The notes beneath the pieces were generated by a model that had not been told where the DNA came from, made no database searches, and saw only the letters and a program-made list of their open reading frames with translations. A stretch of 63,942 nucleotides of DNA, counting the filler, from Cercozoa sp. M6MM (taxonomy: Eukaryota; Protista; Endomyxa: Ascetosporea): NCBI GenBank assembly GCA_040357565.1. It is 13 parts of 13 records of this genome, joined end to end, with 100 filler letters (N's around TTAATTAATTAA, not from the genome) between each part and the next. Parts side by side here need not be neighbours in the genome. Positions count along the whole stretch, not along the records: positions 48,167 to 55,287 come from JBDODJ010000657.1; positions 55,388 to 58,868 come from JBDODJ010001434.1; positions 58,969 to 62,685 come from JBDODJ010001340.1; 10 more parts are not named here. The stretch is one strand, 5' to 3'. The translations under genes and the position numbers were made by a program. This document shows, piece after piece, positions 48,417 through 61,366 of this stretch; the stretch's first letter is position 1, and the number at the start of each line of letters is the position of its first letter.

Positions 48417-50500
48417 CCAGCGCATTGGCCGGCAGCTGTCCGCAGGCGCGCAGCAGCGCCTTGCGCGCGTCGTCGTGCCGCCCGGCATCCTCGAGCCAGT
48501 CGGCGTAGTCGCGCGTCATCTCCGGGTAGTGCCGCAGCGACATCAGTGCACTGCAAACACACCGTCAGTTACTGTGATCGATCAATGATCTTAGAGTGAT
48601 CTTAGAGTGATCTTAGAGTGTGATCGATCATACCGACGGTAGCAGAAGTCGACGCGACGGTGCAGATCCGCCGCCGAAAGCATCTGATGATTCGCACGCT
48701 CCAGGTCGATCACGGCACGCCACAACTGCACCTGCCGGTACTCCTTCTCCTGCGCGAACTCGTCGCTCCGTGTCGGCGGCCGCGCCAGCATATCGCTGCC
48801 ACCAAGGGGGTAACAGGGTGGGTAACAGGGTGGGTAACGGAGTGGGTAAAACGGCAATATAACTCTACCGATTGATGCCTTTCCACAGTCGACGTCGCTC
48901 ACGTGCGATAAGTTTCGCCTGCAGTCAGTTGGCACGTGCCAGATCACAGTGCTCAGTGAGTGACTGAGTGAGCGAGCGAAAGAGGCGATCAGAGTACCTT
49001 GAGAAACTTGTCGCGGTGTGCTGCCACGACGTTGGCGGCGAACTGCGGATTCATGTCGTTCTCCCACTGTGCACGTGACCCAGTCAGTTGATCTCTCACC
49101 CACATGACCCAGCCACCCAAGTGACCACCCAGCCAGGTGACCCACACACTCAAGTGACCACCCCAAAGACACGTGCGCAAGGTGTACCCGGTCGTAGTCG
49201 CGCATGAGTGCCTCGACGTCCGTGATGGCCTGCGCGCATGGATACTCGTATTGGCTTTTTTCGCATCCGCGCGGACAGCACTGATCCGTGAGAAACAACA
49301 AAGAGACGGAAAACAACAACAACAAACAAACCTGTCCAATGGCGCGCTGATACAAATCGCGAATCGCCGCCGTTCGCTGCGCCTTTTCTGTCTCGGTCTG
49401 TAAGACAAACATATGCAGCCTTAATTAAGCACATACGTAGCCTTAATTAAGCACATACGTAGCCTTAATTAAGTACATACGTCACCTTAACCAAAGATCA
49501 CGATTGTGGACACTGTACCTCGGCCGGACAGGCGCGCAGGAAGGAGAGGTAGCGCTGCCAGATCGCGCCCGAGGTCACGTCGTCTCCCACCTAGAAACGA
49601 AGGAGGTAACAGGGGGTAAACAAGGGGATAACAGGGGGGCCTAGGGGTAAAAAAGTAAAGGGGTAAAGGGAGGGTATAGAGGGGTAAAGAGGATAGAAAA
49701 AACACAACGCACTCGCAGCAAGGCGAATTTGAAGGCAGCGATGACGTTGCCGATTTCCTCTTTCGTCGTACCTCTGTCACACAGGTGCAGTTTGTACAAG
49801 TGCAAGGTCCAAACGGACCGAAAGTGGACGGTCCAATTTGTACCGAGCCTCGACGACGTAGGACAGGTACTCCATGTAAAGCGGCACATCGAGACACTGC
49901 TGTAGGCAGCGCGAGAACAGCGCCTCCACTCTGCGCACGTGTTCATCCAACCGTCTCACACTCACTCACACACACTGACAATGATCCCCAGTCAATGATC
50001 CCCAGTCAATGATCCCCAGTCAATGCTCACACTGAGACTGACTAATCCCAAAGTACCGATCATAGTTGCGCTGCTGCCGCTCACGACGGATCCACTCAAG
50101 CCACTGCCAGGCACACGTCGGAAACACGCGCAAAAACGCCTCAAACACTGGAAATAGCAAAAGAAAACGATAGTGAACTCAAACGCTTCGGTAAAGTGAG
50201 CTGATCGATCATCGATCATACCACTGCGTGCTTCGTCAAGCGACACATTGCGAGCATACTGCAGCAGCTCCTGCCACGGCCGCACGTCGTACACATCGTC
50301 CTGCAGTGCCTCACGGACGTGCTGCACCTGCACCAAAAATTGCATTAACAAAGACAAACTTGACATGGCAAGAAACGTGAGCAAGTTGAAAGCACGCGGA
50401 TGTTTGCAAAAAAATAAAATAAACAGAAAATCTATATTTGGTTTTTGGTCAGCACCGCCGTGGGAAACGCAAACTGAAGGTCCTTTAGTGTGAGACTCAT
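48417..50500 (-). CDS. CSTF3: Cleavage stimulation factor 77 kDa / Rna14 (HAT repeats), 3' partial
   Basis: YDVRPWQELL, VFEAFLRVFPT, VEALFSRCL..DVPLYMEYLSYV, VGDDVTSGAIWQRYLSFL, IRDLYQRAI, QVQLWRAVIDLERAN, RRVDFCYR.CL. Start codon tentative. Confidence 0.9.
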
Positions 50501-50677
50501 TTCATTGTCTTAACCCCAGCCGTGCTACCTAGCACGTGACTGTTCTTTGTCGTTCAGTCATTGTTTTTATTTTGCTCGCGCGCTCGGCTATCGGCGCAGA
50601 AGACGGGCGATCGATAGGTAATAGAGCTTCTGTGAGCTAAATTGAATTTAAACAGCCCAGACTATTTTATTCCTGCG

Positions 50678-53547
50678 TTATTCTTCCATCGGCGCGTCAG
50701 TCGATCCAATGGTTCTAAAATCGAATTCAGTAAGAAAGAAGGGAAAAGAAGCGAGGAAAATAAGAGTGTACAGTCCTTGCAGCTGCTGTAGCACGGCGTC
50801 TAAGAGATCTTGTTCGTGGCCGGCGGGCGTCCTGTACGGCTGCACGGTGGGCCGTCTCGATGCCGCCAAGGCAGAATGCGCACCCTCCATTTCTACGTCG
50901 GTAGATGGGGTGTGACGCAAGACCGAACGCCGCATTGGACCGCCCACACGTTTACTTTTAAAGGAAGTGCGACGCACACTGCCTACCTTTCTGCACTTGC
51001 GTTCAGTTGAACAAGCGTACAAGCGACATGTGCTCACTGGTTTAAATGTGATGAGACTGACTGTACCGCAGAATGTGCAACGTGAAGGAAGCTGGCATGT
51101 GATAACTGCGTGCACCAACCGAACAGCTGCTGTATATGGCAAGAAAAGAAGTAAAGAATTTCGTGCACTTCACGAGTACACAGTACAGGTACGAGAGTAC
51201 CTACCAGGACGGTCATCGTTATCAGGAGGCATTATTGGGTTCCATCCCACTTCTGGTTCGCGCGTCATTTTCACTTCGTAAGTCTGAACCATACATACAA
51301 TAGCTTTGAAACAGTCACGGGCACACTGCGACATGCACATGCGCGCAAAGACACAAGATACCACTGTGTACTCATCCACCACTCTGTACTCGCTTAAGAG
51401 AGCTGCCCACTTAGAGTTCTGCGCGCTCACATTCGCCTCACCTATTGTAAAAAGTAAACCAGCAAGATTAATGTGATCATTAGATGTTAATACACTGTAG
51501 CAAAACATGTACAGTACCATGCTGAAAATCAAAGACGGCGCGCGAGTACTCACCACTTGCAGCAGAAGGCTCGAAGCTGTACAGCGTGAGTGGGTCGTCA
51601 TCACAAGACATTAAGTCTGTGCGGCCGTTCCTAGCACGTAGTGGCATCTCTTTAACTAAGATCGACGGCAAACAGTTGAGAGCGAAGTTTTTCTCGCTCT
51701 CCTCCGATGCAACAGCGGACGCCACGTCGCTATCACGGAACTCAAGCTGCGAAGCGTCGCATGCGCTGTACCGAGGCTCGGACAAAAGCACTTCAGTTTT
51801 GCGCGAGGTCACGGCTAAAACGTCGCTCGTGACAGCTGACGTCCAGAAATCGACGTGCCCACTACCGAGAGGCCGGCTGAACCGACGTTCTTTCACCCGC
51901 CGAGCCAGCGGTTGAGAGAAGTCAAACACTGCAAGCCACGGAACCTATGTCAGCAAAATCGGTGACTCGTGAGACATTTGAAACGCCGGCAAAAACTTGA
52001 AGATCTCACGTTTATGTTGCATGTAGGTAGGCTAAGCTTGAGCAAGTCAAGTGTCGTTACGTCTGGTGTGGCGCGTGTCGAAAAAGTGGTTGCAAAAAAC
52101 AAACTGAGCAAACGCACGATCGATACAACCATTTGGTTTTCCTGCTTGTCGGCTGTTCTGAAGGCAGCAGTCTGGCAATATATAGCACAGAGAACTCGAG
52201 GTGCCACACGATATGTACATTTTTCGCAAGGCCCTCGGACTTGGCAATAATAGAAAAGACGCATCAGTCATCGGTCATGATCCCAGTAGCCTCAGTTTGA
52301 CCTCTCGCTGACTGACTTGTAAAACAGTTGTTGCAACAACTTTTTGCGTTGCGTAGTCTCTGTTGCTCGCTAAGACCTCACACAAAGCCACTCAGCCTCG
52401 TGTTTAGGTGAAACCCGAAGAAGCGCACGTCTTGAGTCAAGAAGCGAAAACCCGAAAATGGGAATGTTGCTCTTCATCTGTTGTCTCGTCTTGCAATTGG
52501 GCGAGCTAGCTGTGGCTCGGCGACATTCCAGCGCGACGACGCCGAAGATGGTGAAAAGACTCGTCAAACGTCTTCCAGGAACAATAGTGACCCCCTCTCT
52601 GATTGACGTGGCGAAAGCGGTCCAGTTGATCCAAAAGGCTTGTGCCCACGATCCCCGTAACACCCTTTGTTCATTGACTAGCTTTAGTCATGTTTTTCTG
52701 CAACACCAGGGTTCTGTGAATTCCTGAACCAGTCGCCAGCTGAAAAAGATGAGTTTGACGATGTGCTTGAACGTGATGCGGTTATTGAACACGCACCAGA
52801 AAATCGACTCGAATCCCTTCGCCACACCGGGTGTTTCCAAGCGACATGGACCTGTCATGACGCAGTGAATGATTGCCCAAATAAAAGCATGAGTCTCTGT
52901 CGGCATGCCCATAGCGGTGCGCTTGCGTGCGCCACGCCGCTTCAAGCAAGTCGTCTAGCTCGTGCAGGTACCCGTATATATCGTAGTGCATCCGATGCAA
53001 TGTCGAAGTTCGTTCTTCGTGTACTGACTATGTAGACGTTGAGACATGCTCCTGCGAATGCCCGCACTATGTCTGCGACACGACATCGGCCGATGAGAGT
53101 TCGTGCATTGAAGCTGGTAAACTTACATCATTGCATTGCTGCGAGTTTGCATACTAAGCACCTATACTTGCGCATGCATGCTGAATATTAACGTATGCAG
53201 TAAGCGGAAAGGACTTCCCACACATTTCGCACAGCGAAGCCACGGCATTTGCATATTACAACTACGAGTGTTGTCACCCTCGATTTGAAAACTGACCCGA
53301 CGGCGGCGACTGCACAACTGAATCAAGATAAGCTTGAGGTAGTAGATTGTCTCAACATAAACTAATACAATTTCACGCTGTTGTCGTGCTGTACTTTGCG
53401 CTTGCACAGAGACATACGACCACTTGTCCTCGTCATAAAATCTGAACTGAAAGTCCTGTACAAACGACCATGGATCACTCACGCGACTAAGGATTCTTTG
53501 ATACAGTACAGTAAATTTACTAGTACCTCGAATGACTGAATTAGCAT
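50678..53547 (-). CDS. Multi-exon hypothetical protein
   Basis: Chain of minus-strand ORFs with GT-AG boundaries (MLIQSFE|DFQFRFYDEDKWS ... EFDFRTIGSTDAPMEE*). No family recognised. Confidence 0.45.
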
Positions 53548-53807
53548 GGATTGGAATTAAACGTAAGTAAATTTAGTAAACTTAGTCAGACGGAACACCA
53601 TTCCGGACACGGATCAATTCGACGAAGACGGAAACATCACGAGGAAAAACGTGTAGGAAAACTGCATAATCTGGGGTACTATGACGTAAGTGACTCTATG
53701 GCAAATGATCACATAGTAAACACGGTTCTAAGTGCGATCACATTTACTTCTGAATTTTACAGTTGAATCTTCTAAATCCACACGAACGATACTAAACCCC
53801 GAGAACC

Positions 53808-54028
53808 CAGTGCCGGTAATTTCCCGGTAATTACCGGTTGATTTCCGAGAACAGAAATTACCGGGAAATTACCCGGTAATTAACTGAATTTTTATCACGG
53901 ATATACCAGTAATTACCGGGTAATTACTGACTTATTTCCAATTAATTACCGGGTTATTTCCAATTAATTACCGGGTTATTTCCAGTTAGTTACCAAAAAA
54001 TTATCGACAAATCGAATTGCCGAATTAC
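53808..54028. repeat. GGTAATTACC palindrome / inverted-repeat cluster, probable transposon terminus
   Basis: Starts CAGTG. CCGGTAATTACCGG at 53824-53837. 18-bp perfect inverted repeat 53815-53832 / 53856-53873. TTATTTCCAATTAATTACCGGG x2. Confidence 0.7.
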
Positions 54029-55060
54029 ATTCGGCCGCGTCCGTAGCTCGCTCGCCAACAGGAACGTCGGCAACTTGCGTCAGTTTTTGGCACGACTGCG
54101 TCCACGAACACCGCTACGCGCCGAGCTACGACGAACCAAACGCTGCCGCTTGGCCGGTGGGTCTTGTCGTTCAGCTGGCGCAGCTGCTCTCTTGTGGCAC
54201 TTGGTCGTGAGAACACGATGCAGCACCTGCACAGTGCTACAAAAACTCTATTGGTCTCAAAAAAAAAAAGACAGCAACAAACAGGAGGCGTACCTCTCGC
54301 GCGCGAACGCCATCCCGACATCACACTGCGCATGCCACCATGTAAACACCAGGAGAGACACCGGGGGGGGGCTGCCTCGTAACTGACCTTGTCGATTCCT
54401 GGAATTGCGAGGCCATCTGTGTTGACTTCGAGCTTCCGCTTAGCACCAGAAGACATAGCAACATGGGGGCAAGCATCCTGCCTGCGCAAACAAGAGAGGA
54501 CAGTAAACATCGCGAAAGTGAAACAGACCAAAACGCCGGTACCCGAAACAGTGTCACTCGTCTTAAACAGCATCGACGAACCAAGCGCTGGCCTGGACGA
54601 ATGTGGTGGCCGACCACCACTCGGGCCACCATCGATTCGGAGATGACGAATGAATCTGCATACCTTTCGTACAACACATACACACAATAGCGTTCAGTAC
54701 CGTACCAAGCGAACAAACCTCGCCGTCACCAAACTCGGCGTCTCACACAAGAAAAACGTTTCGCTTGGGTGTCAGCGAATTTGCTCTGCTTCAGTGCACT
54801 GTTGAGCAGAACAGCAATCTCCCCGTGCGTACAGCTTGCGGCGCTCATGGGGAGTCTTGCAGGGCGATACGCCAGACTCCCGCAAACTCGCAAAACATTC
54901 CGCAACGTCAGCAAGCTCGCGCTTGAACAGCACCACACCACTACTCGGTCCGATGCTCGTTGGCTCGTCTAACATGCGCCACTGGAGCGCTGGTGCGATT
55001 GTCAAATGGCGATCATGGTGACATGTGTTGCTGCACGCGCAGATGATAGAGTGTTTGGCC
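54025..55060 (-). pseudogene. Exon/intron-structured but frame-inconsistent gene, possibly decayed
   Basis: Plausible donors and acceptors, but the most protein-like frames (PNRWWPEWW..., AKRKLEV..., PPAKRQR) contain stops or do not join. Confidence 0.25.
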
Positions 55061-55399
55061 ACAAAATTAGCATAATAATCCGATTACAGCTGTGCTGACC
55101 TAGTGCAGCTGTCCTACCGATGCCCGCGCGGAACTGCCAAATTTGAAATGCCACCAGCATCAACGATCCAAGTGTAAAAGACGCACAGCAGCGACAAAGT
55201 GAGCTTGTAAAGTGGATCTCTTTACTTCATACGATATCCTTCTGTAGCAATGATCTTATGCAATCTTACTCACATACATACATGCATNNNNNNNNNNNNN
55301 NNNNNNNNNNNNNNNNNNNNNNNNNNNNNNNTTAATTAATTAANNNNNNNNNNNNNNNNNNNNNNNNNNNNNNNNNNNNNNNNNNNNCCCCCCCCCCCA

Positions 55400-56942
55400 G
55401 TTTCGGCGACGACATGGGCGTCGTGCGTGTCGTGGCCGTCGACGTTCCGATCGACATGATCGACGTCGACAAGGGTCGGTTCTTTTCTCGTATTTGTCCT
55501 CTCTGTGTTTCTTTTTGTATTTGCCAGTGTGACACGAAATACAGAAAAAAAGGACGCGCCGACGAAACTGTACAAACCTGTCGCCGTTCTGCGCACGGCA
55601 CATTCGGTATTTTCCTGGGGGGGGGGGGTAGGGGGGAAAAAGGGGGGGAAACTGTGAGTGGGGGGGGATAGGGGGGGGGAGCGTCGTTTCGCAACGCCGC
55701 CGCTTCGCTTCGATCTGTGTGTTTTTCCCCCCCCCCCCCCCCCCCTTAACCCACTTACCCCCTTACCCACTTACCCCTTTAATCCACTTACCCCCTTAAC
55801 CCACTTACCCCCTTAACCCACTTACCTCCTTAACCCACTTACCCCTTTAATACACTTACCCCTTAACCCACTTACCTTCTTAACCCACTTACCTCCTTTT
55901 ACCCCCCCTCCTTACCCCCTGACCTCCCCGTGCAGTTGCGTGGCGTGCATGGAAGAGGCCGAGGAGAGCGGCGAGGCCAAGGTGCAGCTGAAGCTGTGCG
56001 CCGTCAACTCGCGCGGCATTGTTTTCCTTTGGCACTGCAGTCGCGCCTTGGATGACGAGGGTGTCTTTACCCCCCTGTTTACCCCCCTGTTTACCCCCCT
56101 GTTTATCCCCCTGTTTACCCCCTTGCTTATTCCCTGTTTACCCCCCCTGTTTACCCCCTGCTTACCCCCCTGTTTACCCTTCTCCCGAGGCAGAGGAGAC
56201 GTGCGACGAGAGCGACCGATGGACACTGGTGCATCAGTTCCGCGCGCACGAACAATATTGTTTGCGTGCCAAGTTGTCGCCGGTACTGTCTGGACTACTA
56301 CCAGGGGACAGTTGTATGGACAGGCTTGTTGGTTGAGGACAGGACGGTCGCACACTGGCGACAGTGAGTGCCGACTCGACGTGCCGACTGTGGGACCTGT
56401 CCGCCGGGACGGGTAGTGTGACCACCTCTTCCGACGGTGCACCCGGCCAGGTTGTTCAGTCGCCGGTCACTGAGGATGAACAGAAGGACGCCGACGACGC
56501 CGACGAACTCGTTGGTAGTGACCCCCTTTACCTCCCTCTTACCCCCCCCCATACACCCCTCATAACCATACCCCCCCCAATTTGCTCTCGTTAGTGCCGC
56601 CGCTGCTGCACACGTTGACGGGCCACCTCAAGTGGGTCTGGGACGCCGACTTCTCGGCCGACTCGCAGTTTCTCGTCACTGGTAATCGCAGCCCCCTTAT
56701 CGAAAAGTTGCTCTCTGATTTTCCTGCCTTTTCCTCGATTCAGCGTCGTCTGACACCACAGCAAAGTTGTGGGACGTCAATGCCCTGCGTGGAGCGCCCA
56801 GTCCGGGCTCTGTTGTGCCAATCAAGGTATCGAGACTGCAGTATCCATTGCGCGTGTTTAATCTCTCGGGTGTATGATTGGCCCACAGGAATACCGCGGT
56901 AGCTACCAAGCGCTCACTTGTGTCGCATTGAATGACGAATAG
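55400..56942 (+). CDS. LST8: TOR complex subunit LST8 (WD40), 5' partial
   Basis: [72 protein letters not shown]. Confidence 0.93.
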
Positions 56943-57254
56943 CCCCCACTGAGTGACAGAATTGAACCTTCATTTGAATGTAATACACTAAAGTGGTCAG
57001 TGGTAGATCGATGGCAAAACAGGCACGAGAACGATCATATATTGTTTCACTGATCGATTGATCCATCGAAACTGGTGACTCATTCCTCCAGAGTGACCCT
57101 GATCCTGTACAGTATTATTGCAGCGTGTCAGAGCACGCACACACGTGCACAAGTTTTTTGGAGAACGACCAGACTCTGCTGAGGCCGATTGGTTTCTGTG
57201 TGTGCTTTTTTTTCTTGAATCTGCACACACAGCCAAGACAAAGACCAGACAGGT

Positions 57255-58812
57255 GATGCAGGACGAGTGGCGCCAACAGTTGGAGAATGCTGGTAACTGC
57301 CTATATTCATAATGTGTTTCCGATGTTTGTCTTTCAGGCATCAATGCCGACGCCTTTGCGGACTACGTGACCACGCAGGAGCATGCAGAGTCGCTCCTCA
57401 GATTACGCACGTGGCTACGCAAGTGGTAACTACCGCTCTACCTGCCGAGTCTGTCTGCATAAATCATAGTTTCTGTTAATGTGACTGTAGGCTATTGCGG
57501 CGTCGGTTTAAGCTTCTGGTGTTCATGTTCCGTGACTCCAAGTACGCGCAGTCGCTGCGTCGGCGCAATCGCTGCGTGCAGGAAATCCTTACGACTGAGC
57601 GCACGTGCTTTCGCCTTTTCCACCTAATACCCCCTAGTTAACTATTTCGTATGGTGTGCCCTTTTACTTATCGACGGTATTGCCCATGTAGGTATGTGAG
57701 CGGCCTGCAGAAGCTGGTGGAGCAGTACTTGGCTCCAATGCAGCGGTCGCTCGCACTGGATCGCGAGAACCGGTCAGAAGATTTGGCAGCTGTCGCCGTA
57801 AGCGTTTCTTGCAGGTCAAAAACAATTGTACCACAATGAGTATGTTATTTGTCTCAACTCAGGCGGCGTATGGAGCGGTGTCGACTTTGCTGGGCGTGCA
57901 TCTGCCTTTTATACGCGAGCTGGAGAATGCCATGACTGACTGGCCGCTGCGTGTACGGTAGCGCAGAAAACAGAATGCACAGTTTGATCACTGTAGCTTT
58001 TGTGTTATTTTGTGTTTTTTGTAGTGTGGGTCACGTGTTGCTGGACCTTGCACCGCAACTGGTCGGTTCATACGCCGCTTTTGTGACACTCTGTAAATCC
58101 TCTTTCGCCTTGCCTATGTCGTTCTAAACAAATGATGTGTCTGCACAGATGACTCGTCAGTGGAAAGATTTCGCACACTGTCTCGCACGGCGCCTTTGTT
58201 GCGTAGACATCCCACTACCTTCCTATTTTGACCTAATGCACCAAGTGATTTAATTTGTACATATGGAGTTGGACAGGCGCCTGTCTGCCAGGTGCATCCG
58301 AATGGTGCCGTCACCTTGAGCAACTATTTATTCTGCCTGTACAACGGTAGCGCGTTCTTCCCTGTGTCGGTTACACCTGCCTCGCCTCACCTGCCTCCTA
58401 CGCTTCCTGTGCTTTGTTTGACAGAGTGCCTCGCTACGTGTTGCTGCTGCGCGAGCTGCTCAAGTACATCTCGAACGACAATGCGTAGGATGCTTGTTCC
58501 TCCTCTTGACCTACACATATGTATGTGTGTGTGTGGCAGTGACATGGCCGACTTGTCGCAGGCTCAGGGCGAAATGCAAAAGGCGGCCGATCGAATCAAT
58601 CAGCACAAGCGGTATCCTCATGACGTTGTCTTTACTTCTGGGCTGCTTTCATCCTTCTCCTCGTTGTGCAGAATGGCCGAGTCTCGCCTCGCGTGGCGGC
58701 ACTTTTGTACCACCTTTCCCTTTGTAGGTTAGGCCAGTGGTACACTTGGGGCGTGTACACAGGCGAGACACTGCGTCGCGAGAGGAACGATTCTGAGCTG
58801 CACAACTTGTTG
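57255..58812 (+). CDS. Dbl-homology (DH) RhoGEF, 3' partial
   Basis: RRRNRCVQEILTTERTYVSGLQKLVEQYLAPM, VGHVLLDLAPQL, RVPRYVLLLRELLKY, ADRINQHKR. Confidence 0.8.
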
Positions 58813-58819
58813 TACACTG

Positions 58820-58868
<49 letters not shown>

Positions 58869-59431
58869 NNNNNNNNNNNNNNNNNNNNNNNNNNNNNNNN
58901 NNNNNNNNNNNNTTAATTAATTAANNNNNNNNNNNNNNNNNNNNNNNNNNNNNNNNNNNNNNNNNNNNTGTGAGTTGTAGAGCGATTTCTGGCGCGCCAA
59001 GTGCCCCCAGCACTGTACAATTGTGTTACGCGCGGCTGGGCACGTGTACTCTGTTGGGCATTTGTCGCGCACCAACTCTTTCCTTTCGACCTTTTTTTGG
59101 TAAATTTACGTACCTTTTCAAACTCCGATCGGATTACTCAGATATTGCTGTTGATCTTGACTATTCTCTCACCTGTCGAACCAAGTCCCCCGCACCCTCA
59201 CTGTCAAATTTAGAGCCTGTCAAACTGGAAACAAAGCAGTGCTGGTCTCGCTTGCTGGACGCGATGGGATGGCGGTGAAGACATTAATGAGAATTACACT
59301 GACAGTGACTCGTTCAGTTGGCCACGCCGAGACAACTTGACCCGATGGTTGATGTCGACAGTCAATTGGGAAGGAGGAGAAACGCGCGAGTATCTGACCC
59401 ATCTAGATCTGTCATCTGAGTCTGCCTGTCT

Positions 59432-61206
59432 GTGCCTCTACTGTGGAGACCCGAGTTTGGACACCCGTCCTTCTCACCGCAGTGGGCAGATTCAGGCCCA
59501 TCAATGAACTTGCTGGCATCATGCTACTTGGCTCCAGCGCTAGAACCACCGCAGCTTTTGCTTTGTGGCCACGCCGCAAAACGGCATGCAGTTTCGAGTC
59601 AAGCACTCAAAACAGCGCGAAGCGTGCAGAAACTCCGCAACTGCAGCTCAAAATCAAAGCTTCATGTTGCAAAGAAGACACACTCACAAAAGAAGCTTAA
59701 GATATCAAAGAAGTCGCTTCGAAGACGTCGGAGGCGGCGAAAAGGGTCACACCGAAAAGGAACCAAAAAACGAGTGCTCGCTGTTTCGGGAACAACAAAG
59801 AGGCGAGTGGAGAAGCCGAGAGAACGGCCCGATATGCCATTTGTACGCCACAGCACAACCATCCTTGAAGCGAACGAAAAATCAGGAGGTCCGAACTCAA
59901 GCTCAGAGTTTGAGATAGTGCTGACTCCGCGCACACGAAAGTCCTCTCAAAGAGAAGCGCTCGAAAGTATCGACAACCCACAAAATGACGGAGCAGATTC
60001 CGAGGAGGAATCGACGACAAATACAGTTGAGTTTGACAACACATTTAAAATATCTAAAACTCGTGAAACAATTGTTCTTTCGTCCTGGCAGGACAGCACG
60101 CAAGTAACGCAACCCGCAATCCAAACTATCGATTCTTCAGCTTTTGGCAGTCCCAATGTCGACTTTGAGAACCGCGACGTCAATGTCACCGTCAACAGGA
60201 AGAGAACTTCGACTACATACGTGCCACCGCAACTGTTCCGAAGCAAGTCGGATCCGAGGGATCTCTCCCTCCACGCAATTCTTCCACTGCCGCGCGAACT
60301 CAGCAATCAGCGAACAACGATGTCGTACCTGCGAACAAGAGACACCATTGCAAGCAAGTTCAGTCTTCTGTTCCACGAGTTGGAGCAGCTCGTGAAACTG
60401 AAGAACAATTTGCAGAGCCGGTCCTTTTGCCGCTGTTTGGTATATCTGTAGCATAGCAGAATGTGTACATGTTAGTTGTAAATTACCTCAAACGTAGTAT
60501 CAATACTGAAAGGCTTGTTTAGCACAAGTGCGCTCGCGTGTGCGACAGACTGCGCTGTCCCGAGACGGTAGCGACCGCGTCGATCCTCCGAAGGTAGGTT
60601 GTACTCGCTAACTAAACTAAACCATCAGGAACTGGTTTTTTCAGGCTAGCTCTCAGACACAGCAAGCGTTCCTGCATGGCAGCGTCATTGTCCTCCTTGC
60701 AGAGCGACTGCATCAAGCTGCAGATGCTGCCGTCGTTGCTGCATGTGTCGGCCAACGAAATCCGTGACACGGGCTTTCTGCTGGTACGCTCGCTGTCACC
60801 TTCGCCGCTGTTCTGTTCGCTGGCGTTGAACCCGGCTCTCCGGGAGCGTCGTTTGCGTCTGCTGCTGACGGCAGCCAACGAGATCGAACGCGAGATGCGC
60901 GAACGACTGATTGCGGGCAAGGAGCTCTCGCTGTCGCCCAGTGCGCGCAATGTAGTGGCGTGCCACAAGTCACCGTCACAAAATTTGCTTCTGACGTCGA
61001 AGCAACTCTGTTCGGCGCGACGCCGACTGCGCGACGAGGTGCGCACACTACTCAATGACGAGTGCGACAACAGCAGCAATGCTGACCTGGGCATGTCGGT
61101 GTCAATCGATGTGCGCGTGAAAGCGAGGCATTCGACGCCTTACACGTCGCGTACATGTGTTCAACAGGAAGAAACCACACACAGTCTTTACTCTACAGTA
61201 CAATAG
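59432..61206 (+). CDS. Hypothetical protein, basic/disordered region plus helical C-terminus
   Basis: 339-aa and 176-aa ORFs on the same strand, separated by intron-like sequence. Confidence 0.5.
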
Positions 61207-61366
61207 TCCCGTTTTCAGTTTTTGAGAACCTATTGCACGCGATGGCAAAACGTTAACTGTCTTGCATTGTTGCCGTGCGATGACCAGTGCTCCCGACCGT
61301 TCGCGATGATATCGACTTCAAGCATTGCAATCGAATTAACCGAACGTAATTGCATTACTGGTTCGT

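Noticed and set aside
30269-50500. Functional clustering of 3'-processing genes (FIP1, CstF-77)
   Set aside because: They lie on different contigs joined artificially.
54376-54972. Plus-strand hAT-like words (VDSW, TIDS, CGAH, ARW)
   Set aside because: Scattered over different frames, and the splice signals point to the minus strand; probably chance.
55746-55895. Telomere-like TAACCC/TTACCC repeats
   Set aside because: Intronic and irregular. The dominant unit (TTTACCCC, i.e. GGGGTAAA) is not TTAGGG or TTTAGGG, and there is no chromosome-end evidence.
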